Assembly: GCA_032718475.1 (NCBI GenBank)
Contig: JAUCBJ010001497.1
Coordinates: 1-64,000, forward strand
Direction of reading: 5' to 3'
Source: Nemertoderma westbladi
Lineage: Eukaryota; Animalia; Xenacoelomorpha
DNA length: 64,000 nt
In this document: one piece after another, positions 47,271-58,164 of the stretch
Numbering within the stretch: the stretch's first letter is position 1
Layout: each line of letters starts with the position of its first letter
Made by a program: the position numbers and the translations under genes
Notes under the pieces: model-generated
Seen by the model: the letters and a program-made list of their open reading frames with translations, nothing else
Told to the model about the DNA's origin: nothing
Databases searched by the model: none

Positions 47271-48512
47271 TCAAATCGAACTGATACCATATTCATCCTC
47301 CATCATCTTCATATATGCCGCTACAGCTGCCTTGCGGTACACACCCATAGCCATACTAGAGTCTTTGTGCTTAGCTGTCAGTTCCATTAACATTCGATCA
47401 ATTCTATTTTCATCATCACACAAATATATAAAACACTTTACTTTATTCGCGTTTGTTTTAATTGAATTTTTATCTAAGCAGTCGGAATTTATTCGCTTTT
47501 TAGTTTCTCTAAATACTTTTAATTCTCTCTCCATTCTCTCAAAACCAAATATTTCTATTTTATCCCAAAGTGTTTTATTGAAGTGTTTGTAAAGTTTCCA
47601 ATCTCCGATATTTATATTTCTGAGTTTTTCTGTATCAAAAATATCCAGTTTTTGATTTTGCACACCTTTACTCCTATAAACGACGTCTTCAAATTCCCAA
47701 CACATTAAATCTTTCAACAAAATCATCGATTCGTCAAAATATTCCAATAAAATCACCAAATCAAATTCCTCATCAATCTCTTTTATAATATCATCATAAT
47801 CACTATCATTGGGTGAATTTACATTATAGCCGAATTCGTATAACAAAGGATTTAAAAACGACCTATAATTGAGCATAGTGCCATTTGGATTACTAATGAA
47901 ATATTCATAAATATCTTTTGTAGTATTGAGTGCTAACTCATTTGCGTCACGAAAATTTGAATATGGAGCATAATAAGTCATGTAGGATTTGATGACATTT
48001 GAAGGGTCACGAATTCCAACAATATACATGGTATCTGGTGGCATCAACTTTTTTACATCAATGTTAAATTTTCCGTGTAGAAATGAAACATTAGGATGTT
48101 GTGTGAACTGGTTTAAATGTTCGCCCCACCAGTAACTCCATTGCCGACCTCTACATTTCGCAAATGATTCTTCATCGGACAGAGCGGGTGTTAGATTGTG
48201 ATTAATAGCGTGATTAATAATCACAGAAACTGTGGTACGGGACCCAGTTCGGTGGGTCTTCAAGTAAAAAACATTCATTTTCGTTTTGCAACTTCCATTC
48301 AATTGTGTCACATTTGTTTCATTCTCTTCCACAAAGTTTTGAGCCGTAGTATACATTTGCATTCCTACTGAACTATAAGATATATTGTTGTCCAATTGTT
48401 TCACATACTTGTACACAAGTATAAGCATTGCTATAAGTATAAGCATAAAAGTGGATAAAGTTAATTTTCGAAAAGTCACATTATTGAGGTACATGTTTCG
48501 TTCCATACACAT
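47271..48512 (-). CDS. Galactose-3-O-sulfotransferase (GAL3ST/cerebroside sulfotransferase) family, type II membrane protein; uninterrupted CDS
   Basis: N-terminal TM (TLSTFMLILIAMLILVY), 5'-PSB FYLKTHRTGSRT, 3'-PB IRDPSNVIKS, FDLVILLEYFDESMILLKDLMCW, DWKLYKHFNKTLW. First ATG is at 48512; the true start is uncertain. Confidence 0.92.
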   Translation of the reverse strand: MCMERNMYLNNVTFRKLTLSTFMLILIAMLILVYKYVKQLDNNISYSSVGMQMYTTAQNFVEENETNVTQLNGSCKTKMNVFYLKTHRTGSRTTVSVIINHAINHNLTPALSDEESFAKCRGRQWSYWWGEHLNQFTQHPNVSFLHGKFNIDVKKLMPPDTMYIVGIRDPSNVIKSYMTYYAPYSNFRDANELALNTTKDIYEYFISNPNGTMLNYRSFLNPLLYEFGYNVNSPNDSDYDDIIKEIDEEFDLVILLEYFDESMILLKDLMCWEFEDVVYRSKGVQNQKLDIFDTEKLRNINIGDWKLYKHFNKTLWDKIEIFGFERMERELKVFRETKKRINSDCLDKNSIKTNANKVKCFIYLCDDENRIDRMLMELTAKHKDSSMAMGVYRKAAVAAYMKMMEDEYGISSI

Positions 48513-48739
48513 AAATTCGAGCAATGGAATCAATCATAAAGTATTATATGGTTTAAAATTCGAATGAAACTTAGAAATTTATTATTTAATTTATTTAATT
48601 GTCAACAAACTAAATTGCAACTGAGACCAGATCAGTTGACAACAGTCATTTGATATGGCCTATACATTGTTGCTACCAGTAAGTACACCTGTAGAACGGT
48701 GTGAATATTTAGGGCATATCTTTCATAGTTCAACTTGTG

Positions 48740-49115
48740 ACAATAACAATATGATAAACCAGTTACATTCACAATATCAATATGATAAACCAGTTACATT
48801 CACAATATCAATATGATAAACCAGTTACATTCACAATAACAATGTGATAAACCAGTTACATTCACAATAACAATGTGATAAACCAGTTACATTCACAATA
48901 ACAATGTGATAAACCAGTTACATTCACAATAACAATGTGATAAACCAGTTACATTCACAATAACAATGTGATAAACCAGTTACATTCACAATAACAATGT
49001 GATAAACCAGTTACATTCACAATAACAATGTGATAAACCAGTTACATTCACAATAACAATGTGATAAACCAGTTACATTCACAATAACAATATGATAAAT
49101 CAGTTACATTCACAA
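48740..49115. repeat. 31-bp minisatellite
   Basis: Tandem ACAATAACAATGTGATAAACCAGTTACATTC. Confidence 0.95.
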
Positions 49116-49536
49116 AGTTTTTGCATAACAATTATATTGCAATTCGTTATGGTCTAACTAAACAGGTTGCTAGGAGTAGGTTGCTAGGAGTTTAGGTTGC
49201 TACAACAACCTAGACAGTTATTGGCTTTAAATACGACTGCAGTGTCTCTAATATGCTTGATGTTCTGAATAATATTCAGTATGATACACAATTCCAAATT
49301 TACGCATTTCTCAATTTTTAATTTGGGTATTTCGACATTCATGCAAAATTCTGACTTTGTATATCAATAACAGAAAACAATAATGGTCTGAGATTTTTAA
49401 ATTTCGTTTGTGAATAAAGGGGGATAAATATATTACAAATATGAATTTGATTACATTAGTGTTGCAATAAGTTTGAAATATGTGTAAAGGACTGCAAAGT
49501 TATAACATTGAGTTATAGTATACAATCTGAAATAAA

Positions 49537-50535
49537 AATACTAACGGTATGCTAACTATAATACCAACTGAGGATATTAAATACTAACGGTATGCTAACT
49601 ATAATACCAACTGAGGATATTAAATACTAACGGTATGCTAACTATAATACCAACTGAGGATATTAAATACTAACGGTATGCTAACTATTATACTAACTGA
49701 GGATATTAAATACTAACGGTATGCTAACTATAATACTAACTGAGGATATTAAATACTAACGGTATGCTAACTATAATACCAACTGAGGATATTAAATACT
49801 AACGGTATGCTAACTATAATACTAACTGAGGATATTAAATACTAACGGTATGCTAACTATAATACCAACTGAGGATATTAAATACTAACGGTATGCTAAC
49901 TATAATACCAACTGAGGATATTAAATACTAACGGTATGCTAACTATAATACCAACTGAGGATATTAAATACTAACGGTATGCTAACTATAATACTAACTG
50001 AGGATATTAAATACTAACGGTATGCTAACTATAATACCAACTGAGGATATTAAATACTAACGGTATGCTAACTATAATACTAACTGAGGATATTAAATAC
50101 TAACGGTATGCTAACTATAATACCAACTGAGGATATTAAATACTAACGGTATGCTAACTATAATACTAACTGAGAATATTAAATACTAACGGTATGCTAA
50201 CTATAATACCAACTGAGGATATTAAATACTAACGGTATGCTAACTATAATACCAACTGAGGATATTAAATACTAACGGTATGCTAACTATAATACTAACT
50301 GAGGATATTAAATACTAACGGTATGCTAACTATAATACCAACTGAGGATATTAAATACTAACGGTATGCTAACTATAATACTAACTGAGGATATTAAATA
50401 CTAACGGTATGCTAACTATAATACTAACTGAGGATATTAAATATTAACGGTATGCTAACTATAATACCAACTGAGGATATTAAATACTAACGGTATGCTA
50501 ACTATAATACTAACTGAGGATATTAAATACTAACT
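49537..50535. repeat. 43-bp minisatellite
   Basis: Tandem AATACTAACGGTATGCTAACTATAATACYAACTGAGGATATTA, about 23 copies. Confidence 0.96.
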
Positions 50536-50823
50536 ACTAATATTACTATGTAATGTTGACGATTTGGAAAAATTATTATTATTTATTTTATTATAAAGTC
50601 TACAGAATTACAAATTTTATTTAGAGACTTTAGTTATAGTAAATAATAATATATATAATCTAATTATACATAACCAAATTATTAACCCTCAACAAATGTA
50701 CGTTGGCATGAAGTTAAGTATTTCCCATTACAAATTTTGGAACTTTTCCCAAATCTATAATAAATCTAACCCGCCCAAGACAACAATAGTAGGAGTAGTC
50801 CTATTTGTCTTGCTGGTAATGGG

Positions 50824-51428
50824 TACTACTACTATAATCGACCTGCTGCATTGAGCTGCTATACTGGCTTAACAAAAACGTTTCGTCACCACCATGGGAT
50901 CCACAATTCACCACCACAACTCCCTATCCCCCATGACAATTGTGAGATTATCCGCATCTTCAAGGCCAGTGTCCTTTAAGATGCGTCTCACGAAAGTCAC
51001 AGGCTGTCCACCATGCTTATTCACTCCATGAGGCTGCCAAAGTACAAGATTATGCACTGGCTGGTCCTCACGGCGAAAGCAATGTCCTGCAAAGCGGAGG
51101 CGATTTTGTTCTAGTGTCAAGCTTGGGGGAACCAATGAGACACCTCCAATGTTATATAGTGTCTGGTTGGAGATGTGTGCATTGTACTTGACACAATGAA
51201 CCCGACGTAGCATTCTTGTGAATGTGCCATCCAGAGATTTGGTGTCCTCAGCAGTTAGAGCCCAGCTTGGACTCCCATAGAGGAGTACTGGAACTACTGC
51301 TGCTCTAAATAATCGGACCTTAAGTTTCCGATTAATTCTCGGTGACTTCCAAATCCTGGAAAGCCTATTCAAGGCTACCCATGCGTTTCGCTTATGTATT
51401 CGAAGGTCCTCACCTGACTTCTGGATCA
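50824..51428 (-). mobile_element. 5'-truncated RTE copy (diverged subfamily with a different 3' end)
   Basis: ORF 50908-51456 matches the RTE C-terminus; (TAC)n tail remnant at ~50824-50833. Confidence 0.88.
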
Positions 51429-51630
51429 GGTGAGGTAATGCGTAATGCTGTGTCAAATAGGTTTAGGATTCAAACCAAAAGTTGAATGAATATTTTTACA
51501 TATTATGTAACAATTAAGTGATGCTTAAATTATTAGCTAACATAATTATATAACATATTCTCTGGTCATCGAACACATACTGAATATTAATCCAGACGTG
51601 ATCTGTCCTGTTATATGTAACATAGTTAAT

Positions 51631-52614
51631 AGTAGTAATGGTTTGCCACTCTTGGCGACAATTGGACCAACTTCGCACCTTGGGTGTTAAGTAGGTCATT
51701 AATTAATTAAACAATTAATTAATTGGTCGATTAAACAATTAATTAATTGTTTAATCAATCGATTTGTATCAAATAATGTTGCCAAAGGCAATTTAATTTG
51801 ATACAAATCAATCAGATAGGGACGCGAGATGAATAAATTGTACTACAGCAAATGAAATATACAATACAATAGGCACTGTACAATACAATATACAGTACAT
51901 TTGTATTATTTTTGCCGTACAATAGAATGATAGAATGAAATATAAAGATGCGAGCGGGGCCCAAAACATAAATTACCCTTTCAAGAAAATAAAATGGACC
52001 AGTTTGGCCCTGGTTCAATCCCTCAATAATCTGCGGCCGTTTGGGCTCTTATTAGACGTAGCATGACTAACCCCACCAGTAGTAATGGTTTGCCACTCTT
52101 GGCGACAATTGGACCAACTTCACATCTTGGGTGTTAAGTAGGTCATTAATTAATTAAACAATTAATTAATTGGTCGATTAAACAATTAATTAATTGTTTA
52201 ATCAATCGATTTGTATCAAATAATGTTGCCAAAGGCAATTTAATTTGATACAAATCAATCAGATAGGGACGCGAGATGAATAAATTGTACTACAGCAAAT
52301 GAAATATACAATACAATAGGCACTGCGCAATACAATATACAGTACATTTGTATTATTTTTGCCGTACAATAGAATGATAGAATGAAATATAAAGATGCGA
52401 GCGGGGCCCAAAACATAAATTACCCTTTCAAGAAAATAAAATGGACCAGTTTGGCCCTGGTTCAATCCCTCAATAATCTGCGGCCGTTTGGGCTCTTATT
52501 AGACGTAGCATGACTAACCCCACCATTGAATCCTATGTTGAGTTAAACCATTGTCAATTCGCCTAAGAAAATTATAATAAACATCTGGTCTTGCAATAGA
52601 TTATTCTTCTTTCA
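51631..52614 (+). mobile_element. Palindrome-bearing dispersed repeat: 3'-truncated unit (447 bp) followed by a near-complete unit
   Basis: Both units start AGTAGTAATGGTTTGCC (51631 and 52078); reverse complement of 4132-4732. Confidence 0.85.
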
Positions 52615-52902
52615 CAACTCCATTCTAGCCTCCCTCTATAATAGCCCCCATTCACCGCATTCCCATTATTTATTCAAGAAATTATATGTTTTTTATAATA
52701 TATTTTGGAAAATTAGCCGACTAAGTCATAATTTTTAAAACTTTAAATAAGGGTGGAGTTATTTTATAAAGTTAAGAAGAGTGAATCAATGGAGGCAACA
52801 TGAAGTCTAATCTCTTGCCCTTTACTCATAAGACCGCACATTAACTCCCAAGGTTGCATACTATCACTATAGCTGGGAGAGTCAAAGCTAGTGTACAGGA
52901 AT

Positions 52903-53686
52903 GAGGAAGTGAGGGAGTGAGGGAAGTGAGGGAAGTGAGGGAGTGAGGGAAGTGAGGGGGTGAGTGAGGGAGTGAGGGAAGTGAGGGAAGTGAGGGAAGT
53001 GAGGGAAGTGAGGGAAGTGAGGGAGGTGAGGGAAGTGAGGGAAGTGAGGGAAATGAGGGAAGTGAGGGAAGTGAGGGAGTGAGGGAAGTGAGGGAGTGAG
53101 GGAAGTGAGGGAAGTGAGGGAAGTGAGGCAGTGAGGCAGTGAGGGAAGTGAGGGAAGTGAGGGAAGTGAGGGAAGTGAGGGAGTGAGGCAGTGAGGGAAG
53201 TGAGGGAGTGAGGGAAGTGAGGGAAGTGAGGGAGTGAGGGAAGTGAGGGAAGTGAGGAAAGTGAGGGAAGTGAGGGAAGTGAGGGAAGTGAAGGAAGTGA
53301 GGGAAGTGAGGGAGTGAATGAGGAAGTGAGGGAAGTGAGGGAAGTGAGGGAAGTGAGGGAAGTGAGGAAAGTGAGGGAAGTGAGGGAAGTGAGGGAAGTG
53401 AGGGAAGTGAGGGAGTGAGGGAAGTGAGGGAGTGAGGGAAGTGAGGGAGTGAGTGAGGGAAGTGAGGGAAGTGAGGGAGTGAGGGAGTGAGGGAAGTGAG
53501 GGAAGTGAGGGAAGTGAGGGAAGTGAGGGAAGTGAGGGAAGTGAGGGAAGTGAGGCAGTGAGGGAAGTGAGGGAAGTGAGGGAAGTGAGGGAAGTGAGGG
53601 AAGTGAGGGAGTGAGGCAGTGAGGGAAGTGAGGGAAGTGAGGGAAGTGAGGCATAGTGAGGCATAGTGAGGCATAGTGAGGCATAG
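52903..53686. repeat. (GAGGGAAGT)n 9-bp purine-rich repeat
   Basis: Read directly from the sequence; explains the PHF/SLT/PSL ORFs. Confidence 0.97.
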
Positions 53687-53879
53687 TCGACCAATTAATT
53701 AATTGTTTAATTAATCGATTTGTACACTTCCCTCACATTAACATTAACTCACCGCTGCCTGACTGGCCCTACTGCCCTACTGCCCTTCTGTGACTGGCCC
53801 TACTGCCCTACTGCCCACTGATGTAGTTTGCTCGGAATCCCAAACTTCCTTTTGCGCAAGGGAAAAAATCTCAGCAACG

Positions 53880-54764
53880 ATGTCGAATTCTCAAGAAAAA
53901 CCACAATTGAATTTGTCAGATCTCGCCGGAATATCGAAACAACAATTTCTAGCAAAGATTACAAAGGAACGATTGTACGAAGCATTACAATCCGCAGGAC
54001 TTCTCGATGACTCAAGGGATACTCAACTGAACGAGACAAGTTCACAGCAATGCAAATCAGATATGGCCACCATAATCCGTGATGCAATTCGTATCGAGTT
54101 GGCGGATGTTAAGGGCGAAATCTCTGGCGTTAATAAGAAACTAGACGAGCTGGGTGCTCTACGATCAAAAGTAACGGCGCTAAACGACGTGGTTGACAAC
54201 GTGAAGAAAGATAATGCAAAACTACGCAGCGAGGTAGAAGGTTGTAAAGATGTTATAGCAAAACAGCAGCGTCAACTAGAAGTTTTTGACACTGACAGAA
54301 GATCGAAGAATATAATTATTCGTGGGATACCAGAAATAAATCCAGAAGTAGATCGCGCATTTTCAATAAAGATATTGAAGATTGCCGGCATGGAGAACCC
54401 TAACAACGTTTCGTTTAGACGATTAGGACGACAGTCAGATACAACTAATGGGACACAACAGGGTGGGAGTGCCCCGAGTCGTCCTCGACCGGTGTTAGTT
54501 GAGCTGGAGTCTCGCTATATTCGTGATAAGCTACTAGTTGGTGCCAAATCGTTGTCTAAGGCAGGAGAGGAATTTCACAACGTATATATTAAACGAGATG
54601 AGATACCCCAGACCCTTGAAATGAATAGCAAACTGTATAAAGCGCTGCACGAGGAGAAACAGAAGCCCGTCAATATCAATGCAAACGTATTTATTAACTG
54701 GCGTACAAGGTGTGTGATGAGGGATAATACTGTATTATTTCAGGTACCCAAATTGGGTTTTTAA
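53880..54764 (+). CDS. LINE ORF1p (coiled coil plus L1-type RRM-like region)
   Basis: Heptad region followed by RSKNIIIRGIPE..FRRLGR..RPRPVLVEL..VYIKRD. Confidence 0.88.
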   Translation: MSNSQEKPQLNLSDLAGISKQQFLAKITKERLYEALQSAGLLDDSRDTQLNETSSQQCKSDMATIIRDAIRIELADVKGEISGVNKKLDELGALRSKVTALNDVVDNVKKDNAKLRSEVEGCKDVIAKQQRQLEVFDTDRRSKNIIIRGIPEINPEVDRAFSIKILKIAGMENPNNVSFRRLGRQSDTTNGTQQGGSAPSRPRPVLVELESRYIRDKLLVGAKSLSKAGEEFHNVYIKRDEIPQTLEMNSKLYKALHEEKQKPVNINANVFINWRTRCVMRDNTVLFQVPKLGF

Positions 54765-57700
54765 TAGGGCCGTGTGTAGATCTTAACATTCTTTGGTTTA
54801 ATATCGCTGGAATTCAGAATAAGTTAGAAAATAGAAATACTGTACACTTTTTACTCCAATTTGACATTATATTTTTATTGGAAATTAATAGTGCTTTGAA
54901 TTTTACTGTACCTGGGCTCAAGTTTTTAAAGCGAAGTAAAATTTTACAAGGCAGAGGCCACCGTGGCGGTGTGGCTCTATTTGCCAAACCGTTTTTAGAG
55001 GATTTTATTACTGAAATAAAAGACAATTATGAGGACCAGTTGTGGATAAAAATACCTACCGTAGATTCAAGGTATATCGGAGGATGTTACATCCCCAATA
55101 GCAGTTCAAAATTTTTTGATATATCATGTATTGGGATTATTCAGGGTATGTTTATGTCTGGGGATGCCCTATTGGCCGGAGGTGATTTAAACAGTAGAAT
55201 TGGTTACCCCGGTTGCCAACCGCTGGATGGGGCCTATAAAACCTGGCCAGATAATACTGTAAATAGCCATGGAAAAATATTGAAACAAATGTGTACTGAC
55301 ACGGATGCAGTTATTGTGAACGGTTTAAAAGTACCATCATGTGATTTTCAGAGTGGTCTAACTTATAAAATAAAAGGAGTATGGAAGTCAGCTTTGGACT
55401 ATATAATAGTAGCGAGGTCTCACGTAGAAGGTCCCAACAATAAACTCAGGTCATTAACTATTTGGTCTGACATAACCTTACCATCTGATCATGCACCAAT
55501 TAGTATATCTATTAGAGCAAACGAGATGCCTCTGGCACTATTAGATAAGCGAGCAACGAGTTTAGGTACCTATGACAATTACCTTAAAAGAGGGCACGAG
55601 GTAGCACATCGATTGAAGCCAAACCAAAACAGTGTATCCAACTATACCCAGTATATGCGAGTCAATAACCCACCGCCGTCATTGAGTATAAACATGAGTG
55701 ATGTGCATTTCATTTGTAACGAACTTAGTAACCAATTATATGCTGCAGCAAAAACAACCCGTTGTAGGATAAAGGCGAGAGCTGGCAGTACCGACACCAC
55801 ATCTTGGGGGAATGAGAGGTGGAACCACTTACTTGCATGTAAAGACTCTAAAGCGTTATGGGCTGCCATTGATTGGAGAGGTAATGTATCTACGCTGTCA
55901 ACTCAAACAGATAGTCCAACATGCCCAACAGACGATGAATTTCAAGCTCATTACAATGCGCTATTAAATGATCCTGAGTATATAGAAGAGCAAATTGAAT
56001 CTGAAATTAATATCCCTCTTTTAGATGAAGATATAACAATCAATGAAGTCAATGACGCAGCCTCGAAACTGAAATCGAACCGTGCTAGCGGTCCAGATGG
56101 ATTGGCATCCGAATATTTGAAATCACTTCCAATGAACTGGCTGATTACTTTAACAATGATATTTAACTTGGTATTCTCTTCTAGAATTTACCCAAACACA
56201 TGGGCATATGCTACACTTGTGTCAATCTTTAAGAAAGGAAATCGAATGTTATGTTCGAATTATAGGGGGATCAGTGTCATGAACTGTATACCTAAGCTTT
56301 ATGATATGATATTAACTAGTAGGCTCATGGCCTGGTATAAACCATTACCTGAGCAAGCAGGTGCTAGTAAGGGCCGAGGATGTATTGAGCAAATTCTGGC
56401 GATACGATTGCTTTGTGATCATGCGAGGAAATGTAAAGCTATACTCTATGTGGTCTTTGTAGATTTCGAAAAGGCCTATGACAATGTTAATCGTAACTAC
56501 ATGTTTGAAATGTTGAATAAGCTTGGCTGTGGTTCTAGAATGCTTAGAGCTTTACAGGCTATGTATAAGACAACTATTGCTTCAGTCCACTCACTATATA
56601 TTATTTGTAATAAAGGCGTCCGCCAAGGTTCACCAGGAAGCTTATACTTGTTCGTAACCATTATTGATTGTTTTGTAAGAGCACTTAAAAAGCTCCCACC
56701 CGATAGCTGGCTCAGAAAGCTCCACAGTGTACTACTTATGGATGATACTGCAATAATGGGAACATCTAGGGAGGCAATTATTGTGAAATTAAAAGTGCTT
56801 GAGGAATTCTGCCGGACTTCTGGGATGATCATCAATATTAAGAAAACCAAATTTATTGTAATAAACGGAACTGACGATGACAAACGCGACTTCATTATTG
56901 GGAACAAAGCAATAAAAAATACAAATTCATATATATATCTGGGCTCACCTATTTCTGCAGACGGTTTAGTTTCAACCGCAATAGAGCTGATAGCAAAGGA
57001 GAAACAGTCGCACTTATTGAAATTCTCTACATTCATCAATAAGAACCCTGATGTACCATTCCGTGTGAAAAGGAAAATTTTTGATGCTGCCTTAGTATCA
57101 GCAATTACATATGGGTGCGAAACATGGTGCGGTGGGTCAATAGTTCCAATGACGAAGATTTACATGTCAATGGTACGTCTGTTATTGGGTGTCCGACCAA
57201 CAACGTGTGGCGACATTTGCCTGATCGAGCTCGGTATTCCTGACTTTGAGACTTTAGTCCTGGACAAACAACGAAAATTCTTAAATAACTTCACTATTGT
57301 CGATGATTCCCCTCTAAAGATAGCTATGGAACTCGTTGAAGTTTCTAGAAGTCCAATGTACCTAGCTATGGAGAGGGTAAGGAAACTGCCCAATAATTAC
57401 CTTGATCAGCAGCATTCAAAACTCACGAAATCGGTAGTAACATCAATGACAACAAAACGTCACCTTTATAAACTAATGAACCCTACTACGTCACCACCTC
57501 ATTTATACTTTGATCCAAGGGTTCCAGAACGTCATAGGATATCCTGGTCCCGCTTCAGATTAGGCAGCCACAATTTCCCAGTTGAGCGAATGCGGTGGGC
57601 GAGAGTGAAACCAGAGGAGCGTTGGTGTCAGTGCGGGGCAATTCAAACTGAACAGCACTTAGTTACGGAGTGTCCTAAAACACTGAAACATAGAACAGAG

Positions 57701-57811
57701 ACAGAGGGGTGTACTGGAACGGCTTGGAACGATCTGGCTAGTTTATTTGCTTTGGAAAACCAGCCTGCTATAGCCAAAATGATTTATAAAATAAACGGCG
57801 AATTTGATTGA
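54755..57811 (+). CDS. LINE ORF2p (APE endonuclease, reverse transcriptase, C-terminal zinc knuckle); start mechanism uncertain
   Basis: WFNIAG, GGDLNSR, LDYII, SDHAPI, NYRGIS, FVDFEKAYD, GVRQG, LMDDT, CQCGAIQTEQHLVTEC. The frame is open from 54728 with no early ATG. Confidence 0.92.
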   Translation, partial: GFLIGPCVDLNILWFNIAGIQNKLENRNTVHFLLQFDIIFLLEINSALNFTVPGLKFLKRSKILQGRGHRGGVALFAKPFLEDFITEIKDNYEDQLWIKIPTVDSRYIGGCYIPNSSSKFFDISCIGIIQGMFMSGDALLAGGDLNSRIGYPGCQPLDGAYKTWPDNTVNSHGKILKQMCTDTDAVIVNGLKVPSCDFQSGLTYKIKGVWKSALDYIIVARSHVEGPNNKLRSLTIWSDITLPSDHAPISISIRANEMPLALLDKRATSLGTYDNYLKRGHEVAHRLKPNQNSVSNYTQYMRVNNPPPSLSINMSDVHFICNELSNQLYAAAKTTRCRIKARAGSTDTTSWGNERWNHLLACKDSKALWAAIDWRGNVSTLSTQTDSPTCPTDDEFQAHYNALLNDPEYIEEQIESEINIPLLDEDITINEVNDAASKLKSNRASGPDGLASEYLKSLPMNWLITLTMIFNLVFSSRIYPNTWAYATLVSIFKKGNRMLCSNYRGISVMNCIPKLYDMILTSRLMAWYKPLPEQAGASKGRGCIEQILAIRLLCDHARKCKAILYVVFVDFEKAYDNVNRNYMFEMLNKLGCGSRMLRALQAMYKTTIASVHSLYIICNKGVRQGSPGSLYLFVTIIDCFVRALKKLPPDSWLRKLHSVLLMDDTAIMGTSREAIIVKLKVLEEFCRTSGMIINIKKTKFIVINGTDDDKRDFIIGNKAIKNTNSYIYLGSPISADGLVSTAIELIAKEKQSHLLKFSTFINKNPDVPFRVKRKIFDAALVSAITYGCETWCGGSIVPMTKIYMSMVRLLLGVRPTTCGDICLIELGIPDFETLVLDKQRKFLNNFTIVDDSPLKIAMELVEVSRSPMYLAMERVRKLPNNYLDQQHSKLTKSVVTSMTTKRHLYKLMNPTTSPPHLYFDPRVPERHRISWSRFRLGSHNFPVERMRWARVKPEERWCQCGAIQTEQHLVTECPKTLKHRTETEGCTGTAWNDLASLFALENQPAIAKMIYKINGEFD

Positions 57812-58164
57812 TATTTTGAAAGAATTTTCTATTTGAAAGGTTGAACATATTTGGTTTTTGTATCTTAGTTTCATGACAATTTATTTATTTGAAAATTTAA
57901 GCAAGTGAAGTTTCTTTTACGGAGCCCCTGAAGTTTTCATTAGTTTTCGACAATGAATCGATTATTATATATATTATATATATATTTTACTATTATTGTG
58001 CTATATTGTATTTATAATATATTTATTTACTGTAAGAGAATTATTTAGTGTTCTTACCGGTACATTTAATGGTCTCACCATTCTTCACACGGCCAAGAAG
58101 TAATTAATTTGTGATATAATATTGTGTATTTATATGTGATGACAATAAACTTCAATCAATCAAT

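Noticed and set aside
52764-53694. Long Pro/His/Ser-rich ORFs
   Set aside because: They arise from a stop-free 9-bp repeat read in three frames.
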